DNA of 46,485 nt. Source: an uncultured Mageeibacillus sp. (GTDB lineage Bacteria > Bacillota > Clostridia > Saccharofermentanales > DTU023). The stretch spans positions 1 through 46,485 of the forward strand of contig CAZUWY010000004.1 in assembly GCA_964624395.1 (NCBI GenBank). Direction: 5' to 3'. Shown here piece after piece: positions 8,268 through 16,726 of the stretch (the stretch's first letter is position 1; each line of letters begins with the position of its first letter). The notes beneath the pieces were generated by a model. The model was not told the origin of the DNA and did no database searches. It was given only the letters and a program-made list of their open reading frames with translations. The position numbers and the translations under genes are program-made.

Positions 8268-9662
8268 TCATTCTGAAGCTGCAGTTGTCGGTGTTGCCGA
8301 AGATTCAGTCGTAGGTGTCGGTGCTACGGTTGGTGACGGTGCAAGGCTAGGAGTTGGCGTCAGCGTTGGCGTTGGTGTTGGTACTGGTGTCGGTGTTGGC
8401 GTCGGCGTTGGTGTCGGCGTCGGAGTTGGTGTAGGCGTCGGAGTTGGTGTTGGCGTCGGTGTTGGTGTTGGCGTCGGTGTTGGCGTTGGCGTCGGTGTTG
8501 GCGTCGGTGTTGCAGTGGGAGCAAGATTTATATTGTGGAAAGGATTCTTGGGATCTGGGTCGTAAGGATCCCAGCCCTGAGGATGCTCTTTTCTGATGGT
8601 AAATTTTGCCCTGCCCGGGGCATTTAAATTGTAGCCGGCACTGCTGCTGAGGACCTTAACCTTTGTGCTTGAAGGTAGATCATAAATATATTTAGCGTCT
8701 GCAACATTGAGCCTGATACAGCCTGCAGATGCTTTGCTGCCGAGTAAATTGTATGAGGCAACGTCAAGAGAAGCTTTGTTTCCCCTTATTTTATAGGCAG
8801 TCGAATGGAAAAAGAAATCACTGCCGATATGTACGCCCTTGCTGTTCCTGCCGCTAAAATTCCTCACATATTGATGATGGGATATGCCAAGCAGACTAAA
8901 GGTTCTCCAGATAGATCGGCCCCCCAGTGTGTAGTAGCGGCTCTCTCCGCTTACAGGGGTTCTGCTTCCGCGGCCGGTTGAGGTGACCATCTTTCTGACC
9001 GGTTCTTCTCTGCCGTTGGCAGCGGTGCCATATACCACAACAAGCTGCCGGTCGGTAAAGACTCTGACCGTATAAGGAGCGCCAACTTTTCCGCTAGGCT
9101 GGCTTGGAGTCGGCTTAGGGGTCGGCTGAACCGTTGGCTTAGGCGTAGGTTTAGGGGTTGGCTTAGGCGTAGGTTTAGCCGTCGGTTTGGGTGTAGGTTT
9201 ACTGGTGGCTTTGCTGGTGGCTTTTGAATTTTGTTTTGAAGTAGTTTTGCCTGCTGCTTTAGCAGCCGTTTTGCCTTTTGCAGAGCCTTTATCTTTTTCA
9301 GTCTTATTATCTACCTTAGTTGCCTTCTTGGCAGCAGAAGTTTCAGGGGTAGTCTCTTTTTCAGTAAAAGCCTGGATCGTGCCCTTTTGAATGCTGGGCG
9401 CAGCAAGAGGTTCACTTTGTGCTGTTGCGATAGAGCTCTCTTCAGTTGCACTATCTGCAGTAGTCTCGCTTTGCCTTTGTTCATCTTTAACTAAAGTTAT
9501 AGGCTTTGTCTCGCGCTGATCCTGAGATATATTGACAAAATTGCCAGACGGCTTCCTGCTATATCCGTTGACAAAGATCATGCTGATCAGCAAAAGCGGA
9601 ATCAATAGAAGACCTGCCAGGTTTTTGTATTTATCTTTCCATTTTTGAAATCTATTCATCAA
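8268..9662 (-). CDS. membrane-anchored YkuD-type L,D-transpeptidase with KPTP spacer and (TP)n C-terminal tail
   Basis: 464 aa with an N-terminal TM span ([17 protein letters not shown]). The YkuD catalytic motif is HSTAY...[21 protein letters not shown] (His ... Ser-x-Gly-Cys-x-Arg). Low-complexity KPTP and TP runs are present. Confidence 0.85.
   Translation of the reverse strand: MMNRFQKWKDKYKNLAGLLLIPLLLISMIFVNGYSRKPSGNFVNISQDQRETKPITLVKDEQRQSETTADSATEESSIATAQSEPLAAPSIQKGTIQAFTEKETTPETSAAKKATKVDNKTEKDKGSAKGKTAAKAAGKTTSKQNSKATSKATSKPTPKPTAKPTPKPTPKPTPKPTVQPTPKPTPSQPSGKVGAPYTVRVFTDRQLVVVYGTAANGREEPVRKMVTSTGRGSRTPVSGESRYYTLGGRSIWRTFSLLGISHHQYVRNFSGRNSKGVHIGSDFFFHSTAYKIRGNKASLDVASYNLLGSKASAGCIRLNVADAKYIYDLPSSTKVKVLSSSAGYNLNAPGRAKFTIRKEHPQGWDPYDPDPKNPFHNINLAPTATPTPTPTPTPTPTPTPTPTPTPTPTPTPTPTPTPTPTPTPTPVPTPTPTLTPTPSLAPSPTVAPTPTTESSATPTTAASE
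8350..8512 (-). repeat. imperfect hexanucleotide tandem repeat (GGYGTY)n encoding the (Thr-Pro)n tail of the L,D-transpeptidase
   Basis: The plus strand is a run of ggtgtt/ggcgtc/ggcgtt/ggagtt units. In the minus frame it translates as TPTPTPTP... Confidence 0.9.
9105..9200 (-). repeat. imperfect 12-nt repeat encoding the KPTP spacer of the L,D-transpeptidase
   Basis: ggcttaggcgtaggtttaggggttggcttaggcgtaggttt units translate to [31 protein letters not shown]. Confidence 0.85.
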
Positions 9663-9822
9663 ATAGACTCCTTTATTATGTTTACACTATTTTATGACAT
9701 AATCTGAATAAGGTAAATAAAAGCTTTCTCAAAATATTTACAATTTCTTAATCTTTTCTTTAGCAAACTGACAGTCAGATCGCATCTGAATAGGTCTACC
9801 AGCACGAAAGAGCAGCAGGCAA

Positions 9823-10482
9823 ATGGATTTATTGACAGAAATTTTAAGCGCCAGGGAAAGAAGAATGGCTAAAATCAGAGCTTATTTTGCTTTGCAGGCC
9901 GATTCTTTTGTCATCTCTGCAAAACTCAATATCCCCGGTCCCGACAAATCCCTCCAGTCTTATGCTGTCCTTTTAGATATAGCAATCAGGGAAATAGAAT
10001 TGATCCTTAAAACTGTTGAACTGGAAACAATTGAGTTGGAAAGGTTAAAATCAGCTGCCGGTTATGAAGCCATCTTTCTTCTTCAGGCAAATAATCCGGA
10101 GATGATCAGGCAGAAGATCTGCAGCTCATTTTCAAAATCCTTGCTTGCAAAAGAAGCTTCAGACCTGGCCAGAATTCTTGGCAGAGGGCAAAATCCTAAG
10201 CAAGAATCTGCTCTTTTGATTAAATATCTGCTGCTTAATTTAGAAGAGAAAGACCCGCTGGGAAGACTTTTTGACCTAGATCTGTGGTACTCTGAAACTG
10301 ATTTTTCAGATCAGTCAAATTCTCTCGTTCAACTAGGGAGATCCAGCCTTGGTTTTGCAGCGAGAAAATGTCTGATCTGTAATGGTTTTGCCTTGATCTG
10401 CGCCCGGGAGCAAAGACATCAGCTTGCTGAACTTTTGCAGGTAATAGAGCAGCTGCTGCAGGCCGATCAACGTGTTAAATAG
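9823..10482 (+). CDS. citX: holo-ACP synthase CitX (apo-citrate-lyase phosphoribosyl-dephospho-CoA transferase family)
   Basis: DPLGRLFDLDL and RKCLICNGFALICAREQRHQLAELL correspond, as I recall E. coli CitX, to its conserved HPLGRLWDIDV and RRCLLC...CARG..HQL motifs. The N-terminal LSARERR resembles the CitX start. An insertion of about 35 aa precedes the PLGR motif. Confidence 0.8.
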   Translation: MDLLTEILSARERRMAKIRAYFALQADSFVISAKLNIPGPDKSLQSYAVLLDIAIREIELILKTVELETIELERLKSAAGYEAIFLLQANNPEMIRQKICSSFSKSLLAKEASDLARILGRGQNPKQESALLIKYLLLNLEEKDPLGRLFDLDLWYSETDFSDQSNSLVQLGRSSLGFAARKCLICNGFALICAREQRHQLAELLQVIEQLLQADQRVK

Positions 10483-10500
10483 TATTGCTGGATTTACTGG

Positions 10501-11067
10501 ATGACGAATTTGAGCGAAATAATACTGCTGGCAATAAGCCTGTCTGTAGACGCCATGGTAGCGGCTATCTGCATTGCACTGTGCAAAAAAGATATAAATC
10601 TTGCTGATGGTATTAAAACCGCTGCCTATTTTGGCGTTTTTCAGGCCCTGATGCCCCTAATAGGTTATCTGCTGGGATCTCAGCTTAGGCATATTGTCCA
10701 GCCGGTAGATCACTGGATTATTTTAACCCTGCTGCTGTTTATTGGCCTTAAAATGATCTGGGAATCCAGGCAGGTAGAAGGCAGCTGTGTGACCAATCCC
10801 TGTTCTCATTCAAGATTATTTCTTTTGGCCATTGCTACTTCACTTGACGCCTTAGCTGTGGGCATCTCGCTTTCTTTAACCCGCTCTCCCATGCTGCTCT
10901 CCTCCCTGATCATCGGGATAACTACTTTCTTGCTTTCCTTGGTGGGAGTAAGATGGGGGCAAAGACTGGGGTCTCGCTTTCGCAGTCTGGCCTCAATCAC
11001 AGGCGGCGTTTTACTTATTTTTATAGGCATAAAAGTAGTTGTTGAGCATTTAACACTGGGAATTTAG
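10501..11067 (+). CDS. mntP: MntP-family putative manganese efflux pump
   Basis: 188 aa with six hydrophobic segments. It has the duplicated SxDA motifs characteristic of MntP/YebN (LAISLSVDAMVAAI and LAIATSLDALAVGISL). Confidence 0.8.
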   Translation: MTNLSEIILLAISLSVDAMVAAICIALCKKDINLADGIKTAAYFGVFQALMPLIGYLLGSQLRHIVQPVDHWIILTLLLFIGLKMIWESRQVEGSCVTNPCSHSRLFLLAIATSLDALAVGISLSLTRSPMLLSSLIIGITTFLLSLVGVRWGQRLGSRFRSLASITGGVLLIFIGIKVVVEHLTLGI

Positions 11068-12014
11068 ATTATAGCCAGACTAAAAGATAGATGCGTTAGG
11101 GCTAAAAGATCTGCCGCACCGCCTGGGCTTAGATTTCTCTTGATGAATTCAGCATTCATGAGCCGGAGATCATCCTCCCAAGTTTTACTGTTTGCTTTTT
11201 CTCTCAGATAAAAAACTGCTCTTTCTCGGGCATAATCAAGTCCGGCCAGACCACCTCTTTTGATCAGATTCGTATCCTCGGCCCGTGCGATCAAAGTCAG
11301 CAGATAATCGAGGGCGATCTTTTTATTTTCAGTCAAAATTCCGCCAAATCTGGCTGCGAGCCTATTCTCATATTCAAAGGCATGAATCTCCAGAGAATTT
11401 AAGCCATAACGAGTGATAGTGGGAAAGCCCGCACTGACTTCCGCTCTAATTCCTCCAATGCCATGCTGCAAATAGATTTCTTCGCCAAAGCTTCTGGCAG
11501 ATAAAGACTGAGCAGGATTTACTTTTTCCTGATCAGTTTTCCCCAGATCAGTTTTCACCAGGTCGCCACTGATCTGAGGCACAAAAGACAGATACATTGC
11601 CGCCCTCTGGATGCGCTCAAGTTCTGATTCAATTTGGGGAAGAGATGCTGTTAATTTAAGATGCGCTGTGGCTGCCAGCAGGAGAGCAAAGCAAAAATGT
11701 GCCCCCTTATGTGTATTCTTACCGCCTGTGACAGCATACATCTCTGCTTCAGCTTTAGCGCCCAAATGACGCAGGGCGGGCAAGATATTTGCTTTTTCTG
11801 CCTGCAAACCGATCAGCCAGTAGCGGGCAAAATAGGCTTCTAATTTTTGGGCAGAAAGATAAAAGATCCTCTGCTCCATATCCGGATGCGAACCTGTATC
11901 TTCTTGGTCGACAAGACCTGGCTTGGGGGTTAACTCCAGCTCAAATTCCAAGGCCTTCCTCGCCGCATGAGCGGCCAGAGAAGACAGATTTTCCAGCTCA
12001 AGTCTATTGTTCAT
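11064..12014 (-). CDS. citG: triphosphoribosyl-dephospho-CoA synthase (CitG/MdcB family)
   Basis: 316 aa. The ELELTPKPGLVDQEDTGSHPDM motif is typical of CitG. It overlaps citC by 11 nt and sits in a cit accessory-gene context. Confidence 0.85.
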   Translation of the reverse strand: MNNRLELENLSSLAAHAARKALEFELELTPKPGLVDQEDTGSHPDMEQRIFYLSAQKLEAYFARYWLIGLQAEKANILPALRHLGAKAEAEMYAVTGGKNTHKGAHFCFALLLAATAHLKLTASLPQIESELERIQRAAMYLSFVPQISGDLVKTDLGKTDQEKVNPAQSLSARSFGEEIYLQHGIGGIRAEVSAGFPTITRYGLNSLEIHAFEYENRLAARFGGILTENKKIALDYLLTLIARAEDTNLIKRGGLAGLDYARERAVFYLREKANSKTWEDDLRLMNAEFIKRNLSPGGAADLLALTHLSFSLAII

Positions 12015-13164
12015 CTATGGATATATGCTTGCCCGCAGCTGTGCTGCGCAGATGCAAAAAGGTTGTAAAGGGAACAAGATCGGACAGTTCCCGCCACTTG
12101 CCGGCTTTATAATACTCTCTGGCCAGGGAGGCGGAAATAATTTCATTGCCACGAGACATTTTCCTAGCTAAAATCTTGAGTTCTAGCTTATTGGCGAATA
12201 CTTCCGCCAAGGCCTGATTGTAAAGGGCAGTGGTATGGCTTTTAACCTCTGTCCCCAGATAGCGTCTTTTGATCCCCAGAGCGGGAGCAATCTGCTGCAA
12301 GAACAATCTGGCATCAAGCTTTGCCTGCAATAAGATAATTTCATCTTCATCTTTAAGGAAATAGGCAGGGAAAGTGGCCGCTGAAACCAGATAGGAAGAG
12401 CTGGGGTGAATTAATAAATTAGGGATCTCACTTGTCCCCTGCACGACCATTTTCAACCGTTCAAAAGAGGAAAACTCCTGATTCTCCTCACTCAGGATAA
12501 AGAGATGAACCAGCTCTGATTCTTCTGCCGCCGTCTTGACTAGATGAAGATGCCCCAGAGTAAAAGGATTGGCATTCATCACAATGGCAGATACAGGCTT
12601 TTTCTTTTCTGCCGGCACATCTTTTGCTGGCGGGCAAATGTCTGGATTATCTCTCAGCCAGTCCCTTGTTTTCGTCTGAAGATATTCTAAATAGCCTTTC
12701 AGGCCCCCGCTGCCTCCAGCCTTCTCCATAAAGACCAGTTTATTATCGACATATTCAAGGATGGTAAAGCCAAACCAGGAAAAGGCCTGGGCACTGGCAG
12801 CTGTGGTATAGACAAAGATACTGTCCCAGCCGGGTGAGAGAACGGGGATATCTGCATCCATTTTACTGATCTCTTCTATTTCTTTCTTTCTCGCCTGATT
12901 ATACTCAGAAGCAGACTGCAAGAGTTTGGCAAGGATCAGATCAAAAGCTTTAGTTCCCTGACGATCCTCTCTAACTGCCAGGCATTTTAGGATACTGCCC
13001 TCTCTTGCTCCGGTGGCAATCATTTGTCCTGCCTCATAAAGGCCCCAGACCTCATCAAGATTTGCCTCTGCCCTTAAGCCAGCCTGACCCAATAAGCCCA
13101 GCCACTCTTCATATTCACCATCTTCTAAGTTTAAAAGATAAATCTGCATTTCTTGATCCGCCAT
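12004..13164 (-). CDS. citC: [citrate (pro-3S)-lyase] ligase family acetate:SH-ACP ligase
   Basis: 386 aa with a cytidylyltransferase-type NANPFTLGHLHLV motif in the C-terminal half and an N-terminal acetyltransferase-like region. It lies next to citF and citG. Confidence 0.85.
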   Translation of the reverse strand: MADQEMQIYLLNLEDGEYEEWLGLLGQAGLRAEANLDEVWGLYEAGQMIATGAREGSILKCLAVREDRQGTKAFDLILAKLLQSASEYNQARKKEIEEISKMDADIPVLSPGWDSIFVYTTAASAQAFSWFGFTILEYVDNKLVFMEKAGGSGGLKGYLEYLQTKTRDWLRDNPDICPPAKDVPAEKKKPVSAIVMNANPFTLGHLHLVKTAAEESELVHLFILSEENQEFSSFERLKMVVQGTSEIPNLLIHPSSSYLVSAATFPAYFLKDEDEIILLQAKLDARLFLQQIAPALGIKRRYLGTEVKSHTTALYNQALAEVFANKLELKILARKMSRGNEIISASLAREYYKAGKWRELSDLVPFTTFLHLRSTAAGKHISIDEQ

Positions 13165-13165
13165 T

Positions 13166-14572
13166 TCAGCTAATCTGCCTGATTCTATCGATTATGCTGC
13201 CGTCGCGATAATGAACTTCAGCCACTGTCCGTCCCTCGTTTGCCACTAGTCTGGGCGGCTGGCAGATATCGTAGGCAATCATTTGCAATTCCTCAATGCT
13301 CAGCACCGGCAAACCCTGATCTAAAAGGCGCAGTTTTAGCTCTTGATTGAAAGGATTTACAGCAATGCCATATTGAGTAACCAGCATATCGACAGTCTTG
13401 CCCGGGGTGGTGATGGTCTGGACACGGTCTTTGATCAAAGGAAGTCTGGCTCTGATCAAAGGGGCAACAATAATTGCAAGCTTGGCACCGGCTGCCGTAT
13501 CGCTGTGGCCGCCGGATCCCCCCATGATATAGCCCTGTGAATTGGTGTGCACATTAACATTAAAGTCTTTATCGATCTCAGTCGCACCGAGAATTACAAC
13601 GTCGAGACTGTCAACCACAGCAGATGCCGCCAGCGGGCTGGCATAGTGGCTGGCAGATATCTCCTTGTGCCAGGGATTTTCTCTGATTGATCTCACGGCT
13701 TCAAGATCAAAGCATTGCACATCCAGAAGGCTGGCAAAAAAACCTTTCTCCTGCATGGCCACCAGCTGGGAATTAATGCCACCGCTGGCAAAGCTGCCCG
13801 CGATCTTATTTTTAGCCATAATCTTTTGCAAAGCAGCGGCAACCGCCAGAGAGGTGCCCCCAGCCCCGGTTTGAAAAGAAAAGCCATCTTCTAATAAACC
13901 AGAAGCCTGAATTGCCAAAGCTGCTGTGTCTGCCATTAGAAGACCGATCGGGTCTCTGGTGATTCTGGTCGTGCCCGACACAATACCGGCCGGATCGCCG
14001 ATCCTGTCGACTTCAACCACAAAATCTATCTCAGTTTCAGGCAAAGAGAAGTCTGCCAAGGGATAGGGCATGAGATTGTCCGTGATGGCGATCACCTTGC
14101 CGGCATAGCGGGAATCGGAAAAAGCATAGCCCAGGGAGCCACAGGCGGAAGGTCCATATTTCCCGCTAAGATTGCCCATATTATCCGCAGCGGGGGCTGC
14201 AATAAAAGCAATGTCAATCTGGGATCGTCCCCTTTCCAGATCGGCCGGGCGTCCGCCATGGCTGCGAAAGATTACCGGCTTTTCTAACATGCCAGAAGAT
14301 ATGGCTCTGCCGATCAGGGCATCACAGTAGTTGCATTCCAGGCCGCTGACAGTTTCATCCCTGATCAGATCCAGGAGGGGCAGATGGCAGTCAAAGATTG
14401 AGCTGGCATTAATATTTAAATCTTTCAGTCCTAGTTCCCTGGCCGCTGCCAGTACCATATTGAGGACAAAATCGCCATTGCGCAAATGATGATGAAAAGA
14501 AAAGGTCATGCCATCTTTGGCTTCTGCAGCGATCAGTGCTTCTTTGACGGTCCGCAATAATTTATTCTTCAT
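13166..14572 (-). CDS. citF: citrate-lyase-type alpha subunit (acyl-ACP:substrate CoA-transferase)
   Basis: MTFSFHHHLRNGD near the N-terminus, plus the length and context, match CitF. I prefer the ATG at 14572 (MKNKLL; GAGGA 11 nt upstream) over the TTG at 14590 in the ORF track. Confidence 0.9.
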   Translation of the reverse strand: MKNKLLRTVKEALIAAEAKDGMTFSFHHHLRNGDFVLNMVLAAARELGLKDLNINASSIFDCHLPLLDLIRDETVSGLECNYCDALIGRAISSGMLEKPVIFRSHGGRPADLERGRSQIDIAFIAAPAADNMGNLSGKYGPSACGSLGYAFSDSRYAGKVIAITDNLMPYPLADFSLPETEIDFVVEVDRIGDPAGIVSGTTRITRDPIGLLMADTAALAIQASGLLEDGFSFQTGAGGTSLAVAAALQKIMAKNKIAGSFASGGINSQLVAMQEKGFFASLLDVQCFDLEAVRSIRENPWHKEISASHYASPLAASAVVDSLDVVILGATEIDKDFNVNVHTNSQGYIMGGSGGHSDTAAGAKLAIIVAPLIRARLPLIKDRVQTITTPGKTVDMLVTQYGIAVNPFNQELKLRLLDQGLPVLSIEELQMIAYDICQPPRLVANEGRTVAEVHYRDGSIIDRIRQIS

Positions 14573-15449
14573 GCAATTTTTTATCCTCAAGAAGATTTAG
14601 CAATCTGGCGTTGGCCAGCAGCTTTTCAGCCCGGGCAGCAATTGGCGCATCAATCATTTTGCCATCCAGAGCCACGGCACCTTTGCCTCTGCTTTCTGCC
14701 TCTGCCAAGGCAGAGATCACTCTTTGGGCATATGCTATGTCTTCTGCACTGGGGCTGAACAGTTCATTAATCTGCTGCAAATGCCGGGGTGAAATAGCCG
14801 CCTTGGCGGAAAAGCCCAGATTTAAGGCCGTCTTAACATCAGCTGTAAAAGCCTCGTCATCATATACATCTGTAAAGGGAGTGTCGATAGCATCTATACC
14901 GGCTGCTCTGGCTGCAATGACAAGGCGGGAGCGGCTGTAAAAGATCTCTGCCCCCTCTTTGCTGCGTGCGCAGCCAAGGTCTGCCGTCAGATCTTCAGCG
15001 CCCAGCATGAGGCCCACTATTCTTTTTGACGCCAAAGAAAGTTCAAAGGACAGCTCCAGCCCCAGAGCTGATTCAATCAGCAAGATCAGTTTGATCTGCC
15101 CTCTTTCGAGTCCGAATTCAAATTCAAGCCGGCCTAACTCCTGGTCAATCAGCTCGACAGAAGTGATGCTGCTGGCTTTAGGCAGCAGGATAGCAAAAGG
15201 GGCGCAGGGGATCACCGCTTTTAGATCCTCCTGCCAGTAAATGCTGTCCAGGGGATTAATGCGCACCACTGTCTCCTGCCTGTATTTGATAGATTTCAGA
15301 GCAGAGGCGACCAGAATTCTGGCCGCATCCTTTTCATCCGGAGCAACTGCATCCTCCAGATCAAAGATTAGGGAATCGGCTGGAAAGACTGCAGCATTCT
15401 GGAGCATGACAGGACTGTTTCCGGGCAAAAACAACAATGATCTTCTCAT
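14562..15449 (-). CDS. citE: citrate-lyase-type beta subunit (citryl/citramalyl-ACP lyase, HpcH/HpaI/CitE fold)
   Basis: 295 aa. RRSLLFLPGN...FDLEDAV...GAEDLTADLG motifs are typical of CitE. The gene is adjacent to citD and citF. Confidence 0.9.
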   Translation of the reverse strand: MRRSLLFLPGNSPVMLQNAAVFPADSLIFDLEDAVAPDEKDAARILVASALKSIKYRQETVVRINPLDSIYWQEDLKAVIPCAPFAILLPKASSITSVELIDQELGRLEFEFGLERGQIKLILLIESALGLELSFELSLASKRIVGLMLGAEDLTADLGCARSKEGAEIFYSRSRLVIAARAAGIDAIDTPFTDVYDDEAFTADVKTALNLGFSAKAAISPRHLQQINELFSPSAEDIAYAQRVISALAEAESRGKGAVALDGKMIDAPIAARAEKLLANARLLNLLEDKKLHEE

Positions 15450-15450
15450 C

Positions 15451-15720
15451 TCAATTCTCCTCAGATTGTGAGCGCAGAAGAGCTGTTTTCAGTCTGGCCC
15501 TGATTGTGCAGTCCAAAGCTCCCTGATCCTGAAGCAAAATCTTGCCGGTATCTATACCCATTTCCTCCAGCAGGCCCAAGCAAAGTTCTTTGATCTGATC
15601 GCCATACTGAGCCTTAACCGGAGATTCTATCTCCAAAGTCAGGGAGTCAGATGGCTCCACTGTGACCAATAGATCACTAGATTCCAAGCTGCCAGCGCTG
15701 GCTCTGTTTATAATTTTCAT
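15451..15720 (-). CDS. citD: citrate-lyase-type acyl carrier protein (gamma subunit)
   Basis: 89 aa. AGSLESSDLLVTVEP contains the conserved ESSD prosthetic-group serine region of CitD. Confidence 0.9.
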   Translation of the reverse strand: MKIINRASAGSLESSDLLVTVEPSDSLTLEIESPVKAQYGDQIKELCLGLLEEMGIDTGKILLQDQGALDCTIRARLKTALLRSQSEEN

Positions 15721-15751
15721 TTCTCCCCTCGATTTTGAAAATCCGCCTTGC

Positions 15752-16681
15752 TCAGTCAGGCAGGGTCAGTTGGTTTAACTCGCTAAGTTTGAATTCATGG
15801 TCAACCGCCACCAGACCAACCATCAGATAGCGTCCGGTGATTAATTCTCTTATAAATTCATGGTAAAGCTTAAAATTTTCAATTTCCCCGGTGGATTTGA
15901 CATGCATTCTGGGTCCGGTGCAAAAATGCTTTTGATCGCCAATCAAAATATGCGAATCATCAAGATATGATACCGGCAGATCTGCCGTTATCATGGCCTT
16001 CACTTTTTCCTCCAGCTCCCTGAGGTCAATCTCTGGCCTGCCTTCAAAAGCAAGAATAAAGCCATGCCTTACTTCAGCATGATCATATTTGTTCACTCTG
16101 TAGTCAGCAAGTGAATAAGCGACCAAATCTTCGGCAGTATGGGTCATCCGCCTGAAAGGAATAGATTTATAGACAATCTTCTTAATATGATCCGGCTCGG
16201 GCCCGAAGATATTTGGCCTGGTGACAATAATCTCTTCGCCCAGGCCCAGCAGCAGATGTGCATTTCTACCCAGATGGGGGTAGATAAGGTCAAAATGCTC
16301 AACAATCACGCGTTTTTTGCGATCCAGGGCTTCATTGATGGCGGAAGCCAGTTCGTGCAGCTGGTAGAAGGCTGACTCAAAACGGATATCCACATGATAG
16401 GTATGGGGACTGAAAAAACCGGTATCGTCAAGGTCCATGATTGGCAGGGGCCTAATATTCACCCCTTCATCATCATTGGTAAGTTCCAGCCCGGGAAACA
16501 TCCCCTTGATGAGGATGCTTTTCCCGGAGCCCTTATCCCCGATAAGGCCTATCAGGAGATCAAAAGGACTTAGGTACTGCTGAGCTATCTGCATGCCCTG
16601 ATCGGCCAGCCTGGGCATACCGCGGGGTGACAGGAGAACACTGTAAAGATGATTCTGTTGCATACGCGCTGAATAAGACAC
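15752..16681 (-). CDS. uncharacterised protein: N-terminal P-loop (PRK/uridine-kinase-like Walker A) fused to a degenerate AlaX/tRNA-SAD-like C-terminal region
   Basis: 309 aa with a GTG start 8 nt downstream of GAGGGAG. Walker A is GLIGDKGSGKS (aa 45-55). In the C-terminal half, THTAEDLV resembles the HTAxHLL (HxxxH) motif, and FCTGPRMHVKSTGEIENFKL resembles the CGGTHVxxTGEIGxFKI (CxxxH) motif of Ala/Thr-tRNA synthetase second additional domains. Both are altered. Confidence 0.6.
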   Translation of the reverse strand: MSYSARMQQNHLYSVLLSPRGMPRLADQGMQIAQQYLSPFDLLIGLIGDKGSGKSILIKGMFPGLELTNDDEGVNIRPLPIMDLDDTGFFSPHTYHVDIRFESAFYQLHELASAINEALDRKKRVIVEHFDLIYPHLGRNAHLLLGLGEEIIVTRPNIFGPEPDHIKKIVYKSIPFRRMTHTAEDLVAYSLADYRVNKYDHAEVRHGFILAFEGRPEIDLRELEEKVKAMITADLPVSYLDDSHILIGDQKHFCTGPRMHVKSTGEIENFKLYHEFIRELITGRYLMVGLVAVDHEFKLSELNQLTLPD

Positions 16682-16726
16682 GGTTAATACTCCCTCTCTT
16701 TCCCGTCAAATGGATTTTGCCTAAAA

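Noticed and set aside
8224-8565. 113-aa plus-strand ORF made of (Gly-Val)n repeats
   Set aside because: It is the antisense reading of the (Thr-Pro)n-encoding hexanucleotide repeat at the 3' end of the well-supported L,D-transpeptidase gene. It has no RBS and is a pure low-complexity artefact. It is also not a CRISPR array, because the units are contiguous with no spacers.
10483-10500. Expected yybP-ykoY manganese riboswitch upstream of mntP
   Set aside because: Only 18 nt separate citX from mntP, so there is no room for the roughly 100-nt or longer element.
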